A DNA stretch of 64,000 nucleotides. Source: an uncultured Candidatus Saccharibacteria bacterium. GTDB lineage: Bacteria > Patescibacteriota > Saccharimonadia > Saccharimonadales > CAZVRA01. The position numbers and the translations under genes were made by a program. Shown piece after piece: positions 43,502 to 52,263 of this stretch. The notes under the pieces were generated by a model. The model saw only the letters and a list, made by a program, of their open reading frames with translations. It made no database searches and had not been told where the DNA came from. Positions within the stretch are counted from its first letter, which is position 1, and every line of letters starts with the position of its first letter. The stretch is from assembly GCA_964630055.1 (NCBI GenBank), contig CAZVRA010000002.1, forward strand, positions 207,021-271,020. Reading direction: 5' to 3'.

Positions 43502-44338
43502 TTATTTCCTCTTGGCCGCATGACGGCTTTTTACGATAAATTTATTAGTACTCTTACGAGTCCGGGTCTTGTAGCCAAGAGTTTTTTGGCCCCAAGGCGT
43601 ACGTGGCGCCTTGGCTGGACCGTGACGTCCACCATCACCACCACCGTGTGGGTGATCGGTTGCATTCATAACAACACCACGAACACTAGGCCTAATACCT
43701 TTGTGACGGTTGCGGCCAGCTTTACCAATTTTAATGTTTTGGTGCTGCTCGTTGCCAACTTTACCGATGGTAGCCATACACTCAAGAAGTGCTATGCGGA
43801 CCTCGCCGCTTGGCAGGCGCAGCTGGGCATGACTGCCTTCTTTGGCAACAATCTGAACACCAGTACCGGCTGATCGGGCAATTTGGGCGCCTTTGCCTGG
43901 TTGCATTTCTACAGCATAGACAGTTGTTCCCAGCGGTATATCGCGCAAAGTCAAGCGGTTGCCAACCTCAATAGCAATGTCTTCGCCGCTGGCAATTTTT
44001 TGGCCAACGCTCATGCTTTTTGCAGCAATAATGTAGTGATAAGTACCGTTATCTTCTTTAATTCGGGCTATGCGGGCACTTCGGTTTGGATCGTATTCGA
44101 TAGCTTCGACGGTGGCATTAGTGCCTGGAGCTAAGCGAAAGTTTACTAAGCGGTAAAACTTACGAGCACCACCACCTTTGTGTCTGGTAGTGATTCGGCC
44201 CTGGTTGTTACGACCGCTACCGCGTTTTTTGCTTACCAATAGTGAGCGAATTGGTTTTTTTGCGGTTATTTCGCTAGTGTCTTGGCTGGTCATGCCTCGG
44301 CGACCAGGAGTGGTGGGGTTATAGTAACGAATAGCCAT
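43502..44338 (-). CDS. rplB: 50S ribosomal protein L2
   Basis: 278 aa with VMNATDHPHGGGDG. Confidence 0.96.
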   Translation of the reverse strand: MAIRYYNPTTPGRRGMTSQDTSEITAKKPIRSLLVSKKRGSGRNNQGRITTRHKGGGARKFYRLVNFRLAPGTNATVEAIEYDPNRSARIARIKEDNGTYHYIIAAKSMSVGQKIASGEDIAIEVGNRLTLRDIPLGTTVYAVEMQPGKGAQIARSAGTGVQIVAKEGSHAQLRLPSGEVRIALLECMATIGKVGNEQHQNIKIGKAGRNRHKGIRPSVRGVVMNATDHPHGGGDGGRHGPAKAPRTPWGQKTLGYKTRTRKSTNKFIVKSRHAAKRK

Positions 44339-44688
44339 TATTTTTCTGCCTCTTTTTTAGTCTTGGACTTTTCAGCTGTAGCTGGCTTTGAATCGGTATT
44401 AAATATTGCGATTGAATCACCTTTTTTTAAAGTAACGTAAGCCTTTTTAAAGTCACGCCGTTTGGCAGTAATCGCACGTGAGCGCTTACGATAACTTTGT
44501 ACGCTTTTGCCCTTGGCGACAACAACATTAACAGATAGTACAGTAACGTCAAATTGTTTGGCAATAGCCTGGCTAATGCCATCTTTATTAAGGCTCATTG
44601 GCACTTCAAAAACATACACATTAGAATTTTCGGCCTTGGAAAAAGCCTTTTCGCTCATACGAGGCTTAAGTACTGCAGACAAACTCAT
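44338..44688 (-). CDS. rplW: 50S ribosomal protein L23
   Basis: VLKPRMSEKA... is a typical L23 start. Lies between rplD and rplB. Confidence 0.93.
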   Translation of the reverse strand: MSLSAVLKPRMSEKAFSKAENSNVYVFEVPMSLNKDGISQAIAKQFDVTVLSVNVVVAKGKSVQSYRKRSRAITAKRRDFKKAYVTLKKGDSIAIFNTDSKPATAEKSKTKKEAEK

Positions 44689-45386
44689 TATTTAGCCTCC
44701 GTTTTAGCTTTAGACTTTGTTGTAGGCTTTGCTTTTTTGCTGTCTTGGCCCAACCACTGATTAATTTGCTCGATACCGGCTTTGGAAATAACAATCGAGT
44801 CGGCATTAGTGATGTCAAAAACATTTAGGTTAGAAGCGTCGACTAAATTGATAAACGACAAGTTATTTACCGATCGCCGCGCCTCGGTGCTTGGTTTGGT
44901 ATCGACTAACAATATTCGATCGTTATCGTTAAGAGCCAATTTGCTTATAAGTGAAACGGCTTCGCTGGTTTTGCCTTTTAGGCTTTCAAGCGATTCAATA
45001 ATTACAATTTGTTTTTGGTTGGCGCTTAAACTTAACGCTTGACGTAGCGCTAGGCGCTTGGCGGAAGTAGATAATTTTTTACTGTAATTTTCGTTGCCGC
45101 TTGGGCCAAACACAACACCACCGCCTCGCCAGATTGGGTTTCGGCTAGAACCAAATCGCGCCCTACCAGTACCTTTTTGCTTCCATGGTTTGCGGCCACC
45201 ACCCCTTACTAGGCCACGAGTTTTGGTTGTGGCTAGATTGGGGCGACCGTTGGCCAAATATGTAACATAGGCTTGATGCAGTAGGATATGATCCTGAACG
45301 TCTAGACCAAATATGTCAGCATTTAGTTTAGCGCCCGTGGTTGCCTTGGTGCCAGATTTTGTAAAAGTTGCAGCAGAAAGGCTCAT
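44688..45386 (-). CDS. rplD: 50S ribosomal protein L4
   Basis: RGGGRKPWKQKGTGRARFGS, typical of L4. Confidence 0.95.
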   Translation of the reverse strand: MSLSAATFTKSGTKATTGAKLNADIFGLDVQDHILLHQAYVTYLANGRPNLATTKTRGLVRGGGRKPWKQKGTGRARFGSSRNPIWRGGGVVFGPSGNENYSKKLSTSAKRLALRQALSLSANQKQIVIIESLESLKGKTSEAVSLISKLALNDNDRILLVDTKPSTEARRSVNNLSFINLVDASNLNVFDITNADSIVISKAGIEQINQWLGQDSKKAKPTTKSKAKTEAK

Positions 45387-46030
45387 TATTTTGCACCCTT
45401 AATTATTACTAAACTTTTGCGGGGACCAGGTACGGCGCCGGTTACGCCAATAATGTTGTTCTTTGTATCTACCAACGCAATTTTGAGATTTTTGACTGTG
45501 ACTTGTACTCCACCCATTTGACCAGCCATCTTTTTGCCCTTAAAAATATGCTGTGGGTACATTGAGCCAATTGAGCCAACTTTGCGGGTGTTGCCTTTGC
45601 CACCGTGAGTTTTGCGCTGACGGTGAAAATTGTGCCGTTTGATTGTGCCGGCCCAACCCTTACCCTTGCTAGTACCGGTAACCTGAACTACGTCGCCAAC
45701 AGAAAAGACCTCGGCGGTTAGGGTTTTTCCTACTTCGAGGTCTTCGGATAGTTGGTGTTTGTCATTGTTGTTAATTAGGTTTTTGCCAAGACGAATCTCG
45801 CGCATAATTGGCGTAAAGACTTTGGCGGCTTTTAGATGCCCTAGAATTGGTTTGGCCAAATTCTTTTTTTCGCCATAACCTAATTGAACGGCTGTGTAAC
45901 CATCTGTTTCGGTATTTTTGATTTGTGTGACGGTGTTTGGGGTGGCAGCAAGCAACGTCACCGCGCTAAGCGTGCCGTCTTCTAGCATGACAGAAGCCAT
46001 ACCAATTTTTTTTGTAATAAATGCTTGCAT
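45386..46030 (-). CDS. rplC: 50S ribosomal protein L3
   Basis: KGKGWAGTIKRHNFHRQRKTHG, typical of L3. Confidence 0.95.
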   Translation of the reverse strand: MQAFITKKIGMASVMLEDGTLSAVTLLAATPNTVTQIKNTETDGYTAVQLGYGEKKNLAKPILGHLKAAKVFTPIMREIRLGKNLINNNDKHQLSEDLEVGKTLTAEVFSVGDVVQVTGTSKGKGWAGTIKRHNFHRQRKTHGGKGNTRKVGSIGSMYPQHIFKGKKMAGQMGGVQVTVKNLKIALVDTKNNIIGVTGAVPGPRKSLVIIKGAK

Positions 46031-46211
46031 ACTTCCCCTTTTTTAATTGCTCCGTCTTGGCATAAAAATGCTTGGTCTTCTAGCGGTTTTCGATAGAAAG
46101 CAATAACACTAACCCGTGTTAGCCATATGCGAAATTTGGTGGTTTTCGCAGAGAGCGCTTGCTAGCGAACCTGCTAAAGAGACCAAGAGCAGGAATTAAC
46201 TATACCGAAAG

Positions 46212-46240
46212 ATGATAACAAATCATCTAACATCTGTCAA
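46212..46240 (-). promoter_or_regulatory. candidate sigma-70 promoter inside the rpsJ-rplC gap
   Basis: Minus strand TTGACA (46240..46235), 17 nt spacer, TATCAT (46217..46212). Followed by a leader of about 175 nt with several hairpins before the rplC ATG. Confidence 0.45.
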
Positions 46241-46288
46241 TATGTTGTTTATTCTACAATAAGTAATTGCTAAATATTCGTCTATTGA

Positions 46289-46615
46289 CTACATTTTTAT
46301 TTCGGCATCACAGCCGGCTGGCAAACTGATGTTCATAAGGCTATCGATGGTGCGAGGCGTTGGGTCAATGACATCAATTAGTCGTTTATGCACGCGCATC
46401 TCGAACTGTTCGCGACCTTTTTTATAAACATGCGGACTTTTGACTACTGTAAAAGTAGTTCGTTTAGTTGGAAGCGGAATCGGTCCTGCAATGCTAGCTC
46501 CAGTCCTAAGAGCTGTGTCGACAATTTGCTTAGCTGCTTGATCGATTACTTTATGGTCGTAAGCTTTGAGGCGAATTCTTATACGCTGCTTACTGTCTTT
46601 TTTGGCCTCAGCCAT
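46289..46615 (-). CDS. rpsJ: 30S ribosomal protein S10
   Basis: [24 protein letters not shown], typical of S10. Confidence 0.95.
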   Translation of the reverse strand: MAEAKKDSKQRIRIRLKAYDHKVIDQAAKQIVDTALRTGASIAGPIPLPTKRTTFTVVKSPHVYKKGREQFEMRVHKRLIDVIDPTPRTIDSLMNISLPAGCDAEIKM

Positions 46616-46838
46616 ATTTACTCCTTGATCAACCTACCTTTTGATCGTAAGGGTGATGTAACATCTCTTTAACGCTATGTGTTTTAGCGCTAGCTACTTT
46701 TAATCATCACAATTAGTTTGCTCAATTATTATACAACAGTTACTGCTTTTTATAAAGCCTAATTAGCAAATTTTTTGCAAAAATAGTAACGACGCCGCAA
46801 ATTTTACGACGCCGTTAAATTTGTTGTAATGTTGTGGT

Positions 46839-48020
46839 TTATTTGTTGATTTTGGTCACAACACCAGCGCCAACTGTTCGGCCACCTTCGCGGATAGCAA
46901 AACGCAGACCTTGTTCCATGGCAATAGGAGCCAACAACTTAACCTTAAAGGTTACGGTGTCGCCTGGCATAACCATTTCTTTGTCGGCTGGTAGCTCAAC
47001 TTCGCCCGTAACATCGGTCGTACGGAAGTAAAACTGCGGCTTGTAGCCCTTAAAGAATGGAGTATGACGACCGCCTTCTTCCTTGGTAAGGATATAAACC
47101 TCGGCGTCAAACTCTGTGTGAGGTGTAATGCTACCTGGTTTACAAAGCACCTGACCTCGTTCGATATCATCGCGCTCGATACCACGAAGCAGAACACCAA
47201 CGTTGTCGCCTGCTTGGCCCTGGTCAAGGTTCTTTTTGAACATCTCAACACCAGTAACAGTTGATTTTTGAGTATCACGAATACCAACAATTTCGACTTC
47301 TTCACCGACCTTGACAACACCTTGCTCAATACGACCAGTGGCAACAGTACCACGACCTTTAATGCTAAAGACGTCTTCGATTGGCATTAGGAAGTTTTTG
47401 TCTAGTTCGCGCTTTGGCTCTGGCACGTTTTCGTCCATAGCCTTGACTAGTTCCATAATGGCATCTTCGTCAGAAGCAGAGCCTTCTAAAGCCTTAGTGG
47501 CTGAGCCCTTGATGATTGGAGCGTTTTCGTCAAAACCGTTCTTTTCGAGCAATTCGCGGATGTCCATTTCGACTAGTTCAACTAGTTCTGGATCGGCTAG
47601 GTCCATTTTGTTCATGAAGACCAAAATGTAAGGCACGCCAACCTGCTTGGCTAGCAGAACGTGCTCGCGGGTTTGAGGCATTGGGCCGTCGGCAGCCGAT
47701 ACCACCAAGATGGCTCCATCTACCTGAGCTGCACCGGTGATCATGTTCTTGACATAGTCGGCGTGGCCTGGCATGTCGACGTGAGCATAGTGACGCTTTT
47801 CGGACTCATACTCTTGGTGAGAGGTGGCGATGGTTATACCACGAGCCTTTTCCTCTGGGGCGTTGTCGATTTGATCGTACGCAATTGGTTTGTTGACATC
47901 GCTGGGAAGCTTTTTAGCTAATACAGCGGTAATTGCAGCTGTAAGCGTGGTTTTACCATGGTCAACGTGGCCCATAGTACCAACATTTACGTGTGGTTTG
48001 CTGCGGTCAAAATCTGCCAT
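46839..48020 (-). CDS. tuf: elongation factor Tu
   Basis: 393 aa with [18 protein letters not shown] and NKMD motifs. Confidence 0.97.
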   Translation of the reverse strand: MADFDRSKPHVNVGTMGHVDHGKTTLTAAITAVLAKKLPSDVNKPIAYDQIDNAPEEKARGITIATSHQEYESEKRHYAHVDMPGHADYVKNMITGAAQVDGAILVVSAADGPMPQTREHVLLAKQVGVPYILVFMNKMDLADPELVELVEMDIRELLEKNGFDENAPIIKGSATKALEGSASDEDAIMELVKAMDENVPEPKRELDKNFLMPIEDVFSIKGRGTVATGRIEQGVVKVGEEVEIVGIRDTQKSTVTGVEMFKKNLDQGQAGDNVGVLLRGIERDDIERGQVLCKPGSITPHTEFDAEVYILTKEEGGRHTPFFKGYKPQFYFRTTDVTGEVELPADKEMVMPGDTVTFKVKLLAPIAMEQGLRFAIREGGRTVGAGVVTKINK

Positions 48021-48127
48021 TTAGATTTCTCCTTTTATTTACTAATTAGTTATTTTTATAAATTGTCACGCGGTCCATATCATTCGCACCCACATGCAAA
48101 CAACGCCCTCTCGCGAGATACTCTGTT

Positions 48128-48156
48128 AGTATACCTCAGTTTTTTGGTCATAGCAA
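48128..48156 (-). promoter_or_regulatory. candidate promoter for tuf
   Basis: Minus strand TTGCTA (48156..48151), 17 nt spacer, TATACT (48133..48128), followed by AACAGAG. Confidence 0.45.
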
Positions 48157-48216
48157 ACTAAACTTTGTATCAAGTTGTAGGATTATGGTTTTGGCTATTA
48201 AGCCCTGAAATGACAA

Positions 48217-50304
48217 TTATTTACTGCTTTTGGCAATGATAGCTTCGGCGACATTATTTGGCACGTCGGCGTAGTGGGCTAGTTCCATTGAACTACTGGC
48301 CCGACCCTGAGTCATACTGCGCAAATTAGTGGTGTAGCCGAACATTTCTCCCAAGGGGACAAAAGCGGTTATTTCTTTAACGCCAGCGCTGAGGTCTTCC
48401 ATGCTTTCGATGCGACCGCGTTTGCTGTTTAGATCGCCAATAACATCACCCATGAATTCTTCTGGCGTGACAACTACCACCTTCATGACAGGCTCCAGGA
48501 TTACTGGGCTGGCTTTTTTGACACCATCTTGCAGTGCCATGGAACCGGCAATTTTAAATGCCATCTCGGAAGAGTCAACTTCGTGGTAGCTACCGTCATA
48601 AAGTTCGGCTTTAATGTCTACCACTGGGTATCCGGCCATAACTCCATTGGCCATGGCCTCTTCGATACCCTGTTGAACTGGCTTAATGTATTCGCCAGGT
48701 ACGACACCGCCTTTGATACTGTTGATGAACTCAAAGCCTTTGCCGGCTTCGTTTTGGCTAAGGCGTAGCCAAACGTCGCCATATTGGCCACGTCCACCAG
48801 ATTGTCGAACGAATTTACCCTGGACTTCGACAGCGTCTTTACGGATGGTCTCGCGGTATGCAACTTGGGGCTGGCCAATATTAGCTTCGACATTAAATTC
48901 GCGCTTCATGCGGTCAACCAAAATTTCTAAGTGCAACTCACCCATACCGCTAATGATTGTCTGGCCAGTTTCATCGTCAACTTTTATGCGGAAGGTTGGA
49001 TCTTCTTCGGCCAATCGCTGAAGAGCTAATGACATTTTTTCTTGGTCAGATTTGGTTTTTGGTTCAATAGCTATGCTAACTGGCGGTTCCGGGAAGGTTA
49101 TACTCTCCAGAACAATTGGATTTGCTGGGTCGCACAATGTGTGACCAGTCGTTGTGCCTTTTAGACCAACAATGGCAGCAATATCGCCAGCACCAACTTC
49201 GGTGACGTCTTCTCGCTTGTCGGCTTGCATTCGAACAATGCGACCAATTCGCTCTTTTTCGCCAGTTGAACTATTTAGCACATAACTACCAGCTGTTAAT
49301 TTACCAGAATATACGCGGTAGTAAGCAAGTTTGCCCACAAATGGGTCGCTAGTGATTTTAAAGGCCAAACCGGCTAATGGTTCGGATTCGCTAACCTTGC
49401 GTTCAATTTCGTCGCCAGATTTAGGATTTGTGCCCCAACTGCTGCCACGATCCTCGGGGCTAGGCAGTAAATCGATTACTAGATCAAGAACTTTTTCTAC
49501 AATTACGCCGCGACCGTCGCCACCTGTGACCGGATAAAAATCGCCGCTTAAAGTTGCGCTGCGAATTGCTTGACGAATTTCGTCCTCGCTCAAGCCTTCT
49601 TCGCCGACTTCAAAGTATTTTTCGAGCATGGCTTCGTCTTCGGCGACAGCATTTTCGATAAGCAGGCTGCGATACTTTGCAACTTGGTCCACCATGTCAG
49701 CTGGAATTTCGCCTTCGACTAGTTCGTGGTCGGTAAAGTCTTTATAAGTGTAAGCCTTTTGGCTAACTAGATCTACCAAGCCAGTGATTGACTGCTCAAA
49801 ACCAATTGGCAAATGAATTGGAAAGGCCCGCTTACTTAAACGGTTATGTATTGAGTCGAGCGATTTATAAAAGTCGCCACCAGTTTGGTTGATTTTATTG
49901 ATAAAGCAGATGCGCGGAACACCGTATTTGGTGGCCTGTCGCCAAACAGTTTCCGATTGGCTCTCGACGCCCATTTTGCCGTCGAATACCACGCAAGCAC
50001 CGTCTAGAACTCGCAAGCTCCGCTCCACCTCGACGGTAAAGTCGATGTGTCCTGGGGTGTCGATAATATTTATCTGATGATCTTTCCAAAAACAAGTTAC
50101 GGCAGCAGATACAATAGTAATGCCTCGCTCGCGTTCCTGGGCCATCCAGTCGGTAGTTGTTTCGCCTTCGTGAACCGCACCAATTTTATGCTTTAAACCG
50201 GTACGATAAAGGATGCCCTCGGTAGTAGTTGTTTTGCCAGCATCAATATGAGCAATAATGCCCATGTTGCGGATTTTTTTAAGTTCGTACTTCTTGCCTG
50301 CCAT
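48217..50304 (-). CDS. fusA: elongation factor G
   Basis: 695 aa with [20 protein letters not shown] and NKIN motifs. Confidence 0.97.
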   Translation of the reverse strand: MAGKKYELKKIRNMGIIAHIDAGKTTTTEGILYRTGLKHKIGAVHEGETTTDWMAQERERGITIVSAAVTCFWKDHQINIIDTPGHIDFTVEVERSLRVLDGACVVFDGKMGVESQSETVWRQATKYGVPRICFINKINQTGGDFYKSLDSIHNRLSKRAFPIHLPIGFEQSITGLVDLVSQKAYTYKDFTDHELVEGEIPADMVDQVAKYRSLLIENAVAEDEAMLEKYFEVGEEGLSEDEIRQAIRSATLSGDFYPVTGGDGRGVIVEKVLDLVIDLLPSPEDRGSSWGTNPKSGDEIERKVSESEPLAGLAFKITSDPFVGKLAYYRVYSGKLTAGSYVLNSSTGEKERIGRIVRMQADKREDVTEVGAGDIAAIVGLKGTTTGHTLCDPANPIVLESITFPEPPVSIAIEPKTKSDQEKMSLALQRLAEEDPTFRIKVDDETGQTIISGMGELHLEILVDRMKREFNVEANIGQPQVAYRETIRKDAVEVQGKFVRQSGGRGQYGDVWLRLSQNEAGKGFEFINSIKGGVVPGEYIKPVQQGIEEAMANGVMAGYPVVDIKAELYDGSYHEVDSSEMAFKIAGSMALQDGVKKASPVILEPVMKVVVVTPEEFMGDVIGDLNSKRGRIESMEDLSAGVKEITAFVPLGEMFGYTTNLRSMTQGRASSSMELAHYADVPNNVAEAIIAKSSK

Positions 50305-50403
50305 TATTGGTTTCGCCGTCCTTTTCTTTTGTTGACTTGTATCGGATTAATATATGTTTTGCCTGGGCCAAAGAAAACAGCCAGACACTTATCCTTCTCT
50401 GTT

Positions 50404-50432
50404 AGTATGACTTATTATGAAATAAAATGCAA
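50404..50432 (-). promoter_or_regulatory. candidate promoter for fusA
   Basis: Minus strand TTGCAT (50432..50427), 17 nt spacer, CATACT (50409..50404), followed by AACAGAG. Shares the 12-mer ATACTAACAGAG with the tuf promoter candidate. Confidence 0.4.
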
Positions 50433-50666
50433 TACCATTGCCCGGGGTCCAAGCATGACCATCGCCGCATATCTATTACAAGATTCCGCTGTTCGCTCCG
50501 CAGCTTGATTTGCCTCGACAGACTGAATTGAATATTCAAACCCCTTGAGAGCCCAAAAAAAATGAGCTGAAGCTTCGTGGTCTAGCGGCGTGCCAATTTC
50601 CATCAGATCTTGTTGGATTTGCTCGTGACTTCCCATTAATACACTATACCACTGAATTAACTTCAA
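50415..50666 (-). CDS. hypothetical small protein (insert between rpsG and fusA)
   Basis: 83 aa ORF. No recognisable motif. Overlaps the upstream ORF by 23 nt. Confidence 0.35.
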   Translation of the reverse strand: MKLIQWYSVLMGSHEQIQQDLMEIGTPLDHEASAHFFWALKGFEYSIQSVEANQAAERTAESCNRYAAMVMLGPRAMVLHFIS

Positions 50667-51162
50667 CAGTGCTACGTAATATTATTTTGCCCGAATAAAT
50701 TTGGTCTGCCAGCTCGCAAATGGTTGGAGTAGTATCACCAAATTTGTCTTTTGTGCCTGCCACCAATTCTTCCAGACTATAGGGTAATTCGTTATCTAGA
50801 GTACATAATTGTTCGTCAGGTGATTGCTCATGCTCTTTAAGCACTGCAAACAAAGCATTTGTGGCTATATCACCTGCTTCAGCCTCCGAACGAGGCATAT
50901 ATACGCCAAAATGTTCGGCCCTATTGCATAAAGAATCAAGCTGTTTATCTAAACGAGCGCAGAGGCGGCTTGCAGAACGCAGCTTAAGCCTGTCGACAAC
51001 ACTAAGCCTGCCAGATGGTTGGCTAAGAAAATGCATCAACCTGGCACTTTCTTGCCTGGTGTGCCTAAGACTTTTAATTGTTAAGCATACGATATCATTC
51101 GGGGTGGGCTCCATAACTGCCGACATGGAACAGGAAGATGAAAGCTCTGGTGATGGCTCCAT
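50644..51162 (-). CDS. hypothetical protein (insert between rpsG and fusA)
   Basis: Track ORF trimmed to ATG 51162 (MEPSPELSS...) to avoid overlap with rpsG. 172 aa, no recognisable motif. Confidence 0.4.
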   Translation of the reverse strand: MEPSPELSSSCSMSAVMEPTPNDIVCLTIKSLRHTRQESARLMHFLSQPSGRLSVVDRLKLRSASRLCARLDKQLDSLCNRAEHFGVYMPRSEAEAGDIATNALFAVLKEHEQSPDEQLCTLDNELPYSLEELVAGTKDKFGDTTPTICELADQIYSGKIILRSTVEVNSVV

Positions 51163-51232
51163 CGCTGAATAATAGCATAAGCAAAATGGTTTGACTATGT
51201 TTTTTCGACAACTTTTATGATTAAAAGTTAGC

Positions 51233-51712
51233 CTAGAAACGAGCAAAGTGAGCGAAGGCCCGGTTGGCTTCGGCCATCTTGTGAGTGTCTTCTTTTTTCT
51301 TGACTGCGGCGCCAGCATTGTTGTAGGCATCCATCAGCTCAGCTGCAATCCGATCGGCCATGCTCATTCCTTTGCGGGCGCGAGCAGCAGTAACAAACCA
51401 CATTATTGTAAGATGTGTTTGGCGCTGGCCCTTAACCTCAAAGGGGATTTGGTAGTTAGCACCACCCACACGACGTGAGCGAGTCTCGAGGTGGGGCTGA
51501 ACGTTTGACATAGCTTGATCAAAAACCTCAATAGGGTTGTCGACCTTGAGTTTTTTAGCTGCTTTTTCCATGCCGCCGTAAACTAGACGTTCGGCAATTT
51601 GCTTTTTACCGTCTCGCATTACTCGATTTATGACTTTTTGAACCATAATGCTGCCATGAACACGATCGGGCTGAATGCTGCGAACTAGTGATTTAGTGAC
51701 TTTACGTGGCAT
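51233..51712 (-). CDS. rpsG: 30S ribosomal protein S7
   Basis: [16 protein letters not shown]..., ending EANRAFAHFRF-like (AFAHFARF). Confidence 0.96.
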   Translation of the reverse strand: MPRKVTKSLVRSIQPDRVHGSIMVQKVINRVMRDGKKQIAERLVYGGMEKAAKKLKVDNPIEVFDQAMSNVQPHLETRSRRVGGANYQIPFEVKGQRQTHLTIMWFVTAARARKGMSMADRIAAELMDAYNNAGAAVKKKEDTHKMAEANRAFAHFARF

Positions 51713-52125
51713 TATTTTTTCTCCTTCTTGGAGCCGTACTTACTACGGCCACGCTTACGATCGGCTACGCCTTGAAGGTCTAGGCTGCCGCGAACAATAT
51801 GGTAGCGCACGCCTGGCAGGTCTTTGACTCTTCCACCGCGCACCAAAACTACAGCGTGCTCTTGCAAGTTATGACCCTCGCCGCCAATGTAGGCCCAAAC
51901 TTCGTAGCCATTTTGCAAACGTACACGAGCAACTTTGCGTAGTGCCGAGTTAGGTTTTTTGGGTGTTTTGGTGGTGACCTTAACACACACGCCTCGTTTA
52001 AACGGTGCGGCTTTTTCGTAGTTTTTGGTCTTTAGGTTGTTAACCACTCGCTGCAAAGCTGGCGACTTTGATTTAGTTGTCACCTTAACGCGCGGCTTAC
52101 GCACTAATTGGTTAATGGTTGGCAT
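51712..52125 (-). CDS. rpsL: 30S ribosomal protein S12
   Basis: [12 protein letters not shown]...[16 protein letters not shown]. Confidence 0.97.
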   Translation of the reverse strand: MPTINQLVRKPRVKVTTKSKSPALQRVVNNLKTKNYEKAAPFKRGVCVKVTTKTPKKPNSALRKVARVRLQNGYEVWAYIGGEGHNLQEHAVVLVRGGRVKDLPGVRYHIVRGSLDLQGVADRKRGRSKYGSKKEKK

Positions 52126-52232
52126 TGATGCCTTCTCCTCTTTTTTCTCGTCTCGAGTGTCACGGGCTAGAGGCCTGTTTACAGCCGACTTATCGGCTGC
52201 ATGACACCTACTGACATTAATGATGTAACACT

Positions 52233-52261
52233 ATTGTAACAGGTATGGCTGTAATCAGCAA
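52233..52261 (-). promoter_or_regulatory. candidate promoter for rpsL-rpsG
   Basis: Minus strand TTGCTG (52261..52256), 17 nt spacer ending in TGt, TACAAT (52238..52233). Sits at the rpoC stop. Confidence 0.4.
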
Positions 52262-52263
52262 AT

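Noticed and set aside
46760-46838. Direct repeat CGGCGTCGT x2 and the TTTTTGCAAAAA palindrome between tuf and rpsJ
   Set aside because: They do not form a terminator-type hairpin. A TATAAT-containing promoter for rpsJ probably lies nearby, but I could not define a convincing -35, so I report no feature.
50644-51330. Full-length 228 aa version of the ORF downstream of rpsG
   Set aside because: Its first 56 codons overlap the 3' end of rpsG in another frame. I trimmed it to ATG 51162, and even the trimmed ORF is only a low-confidence CDS.
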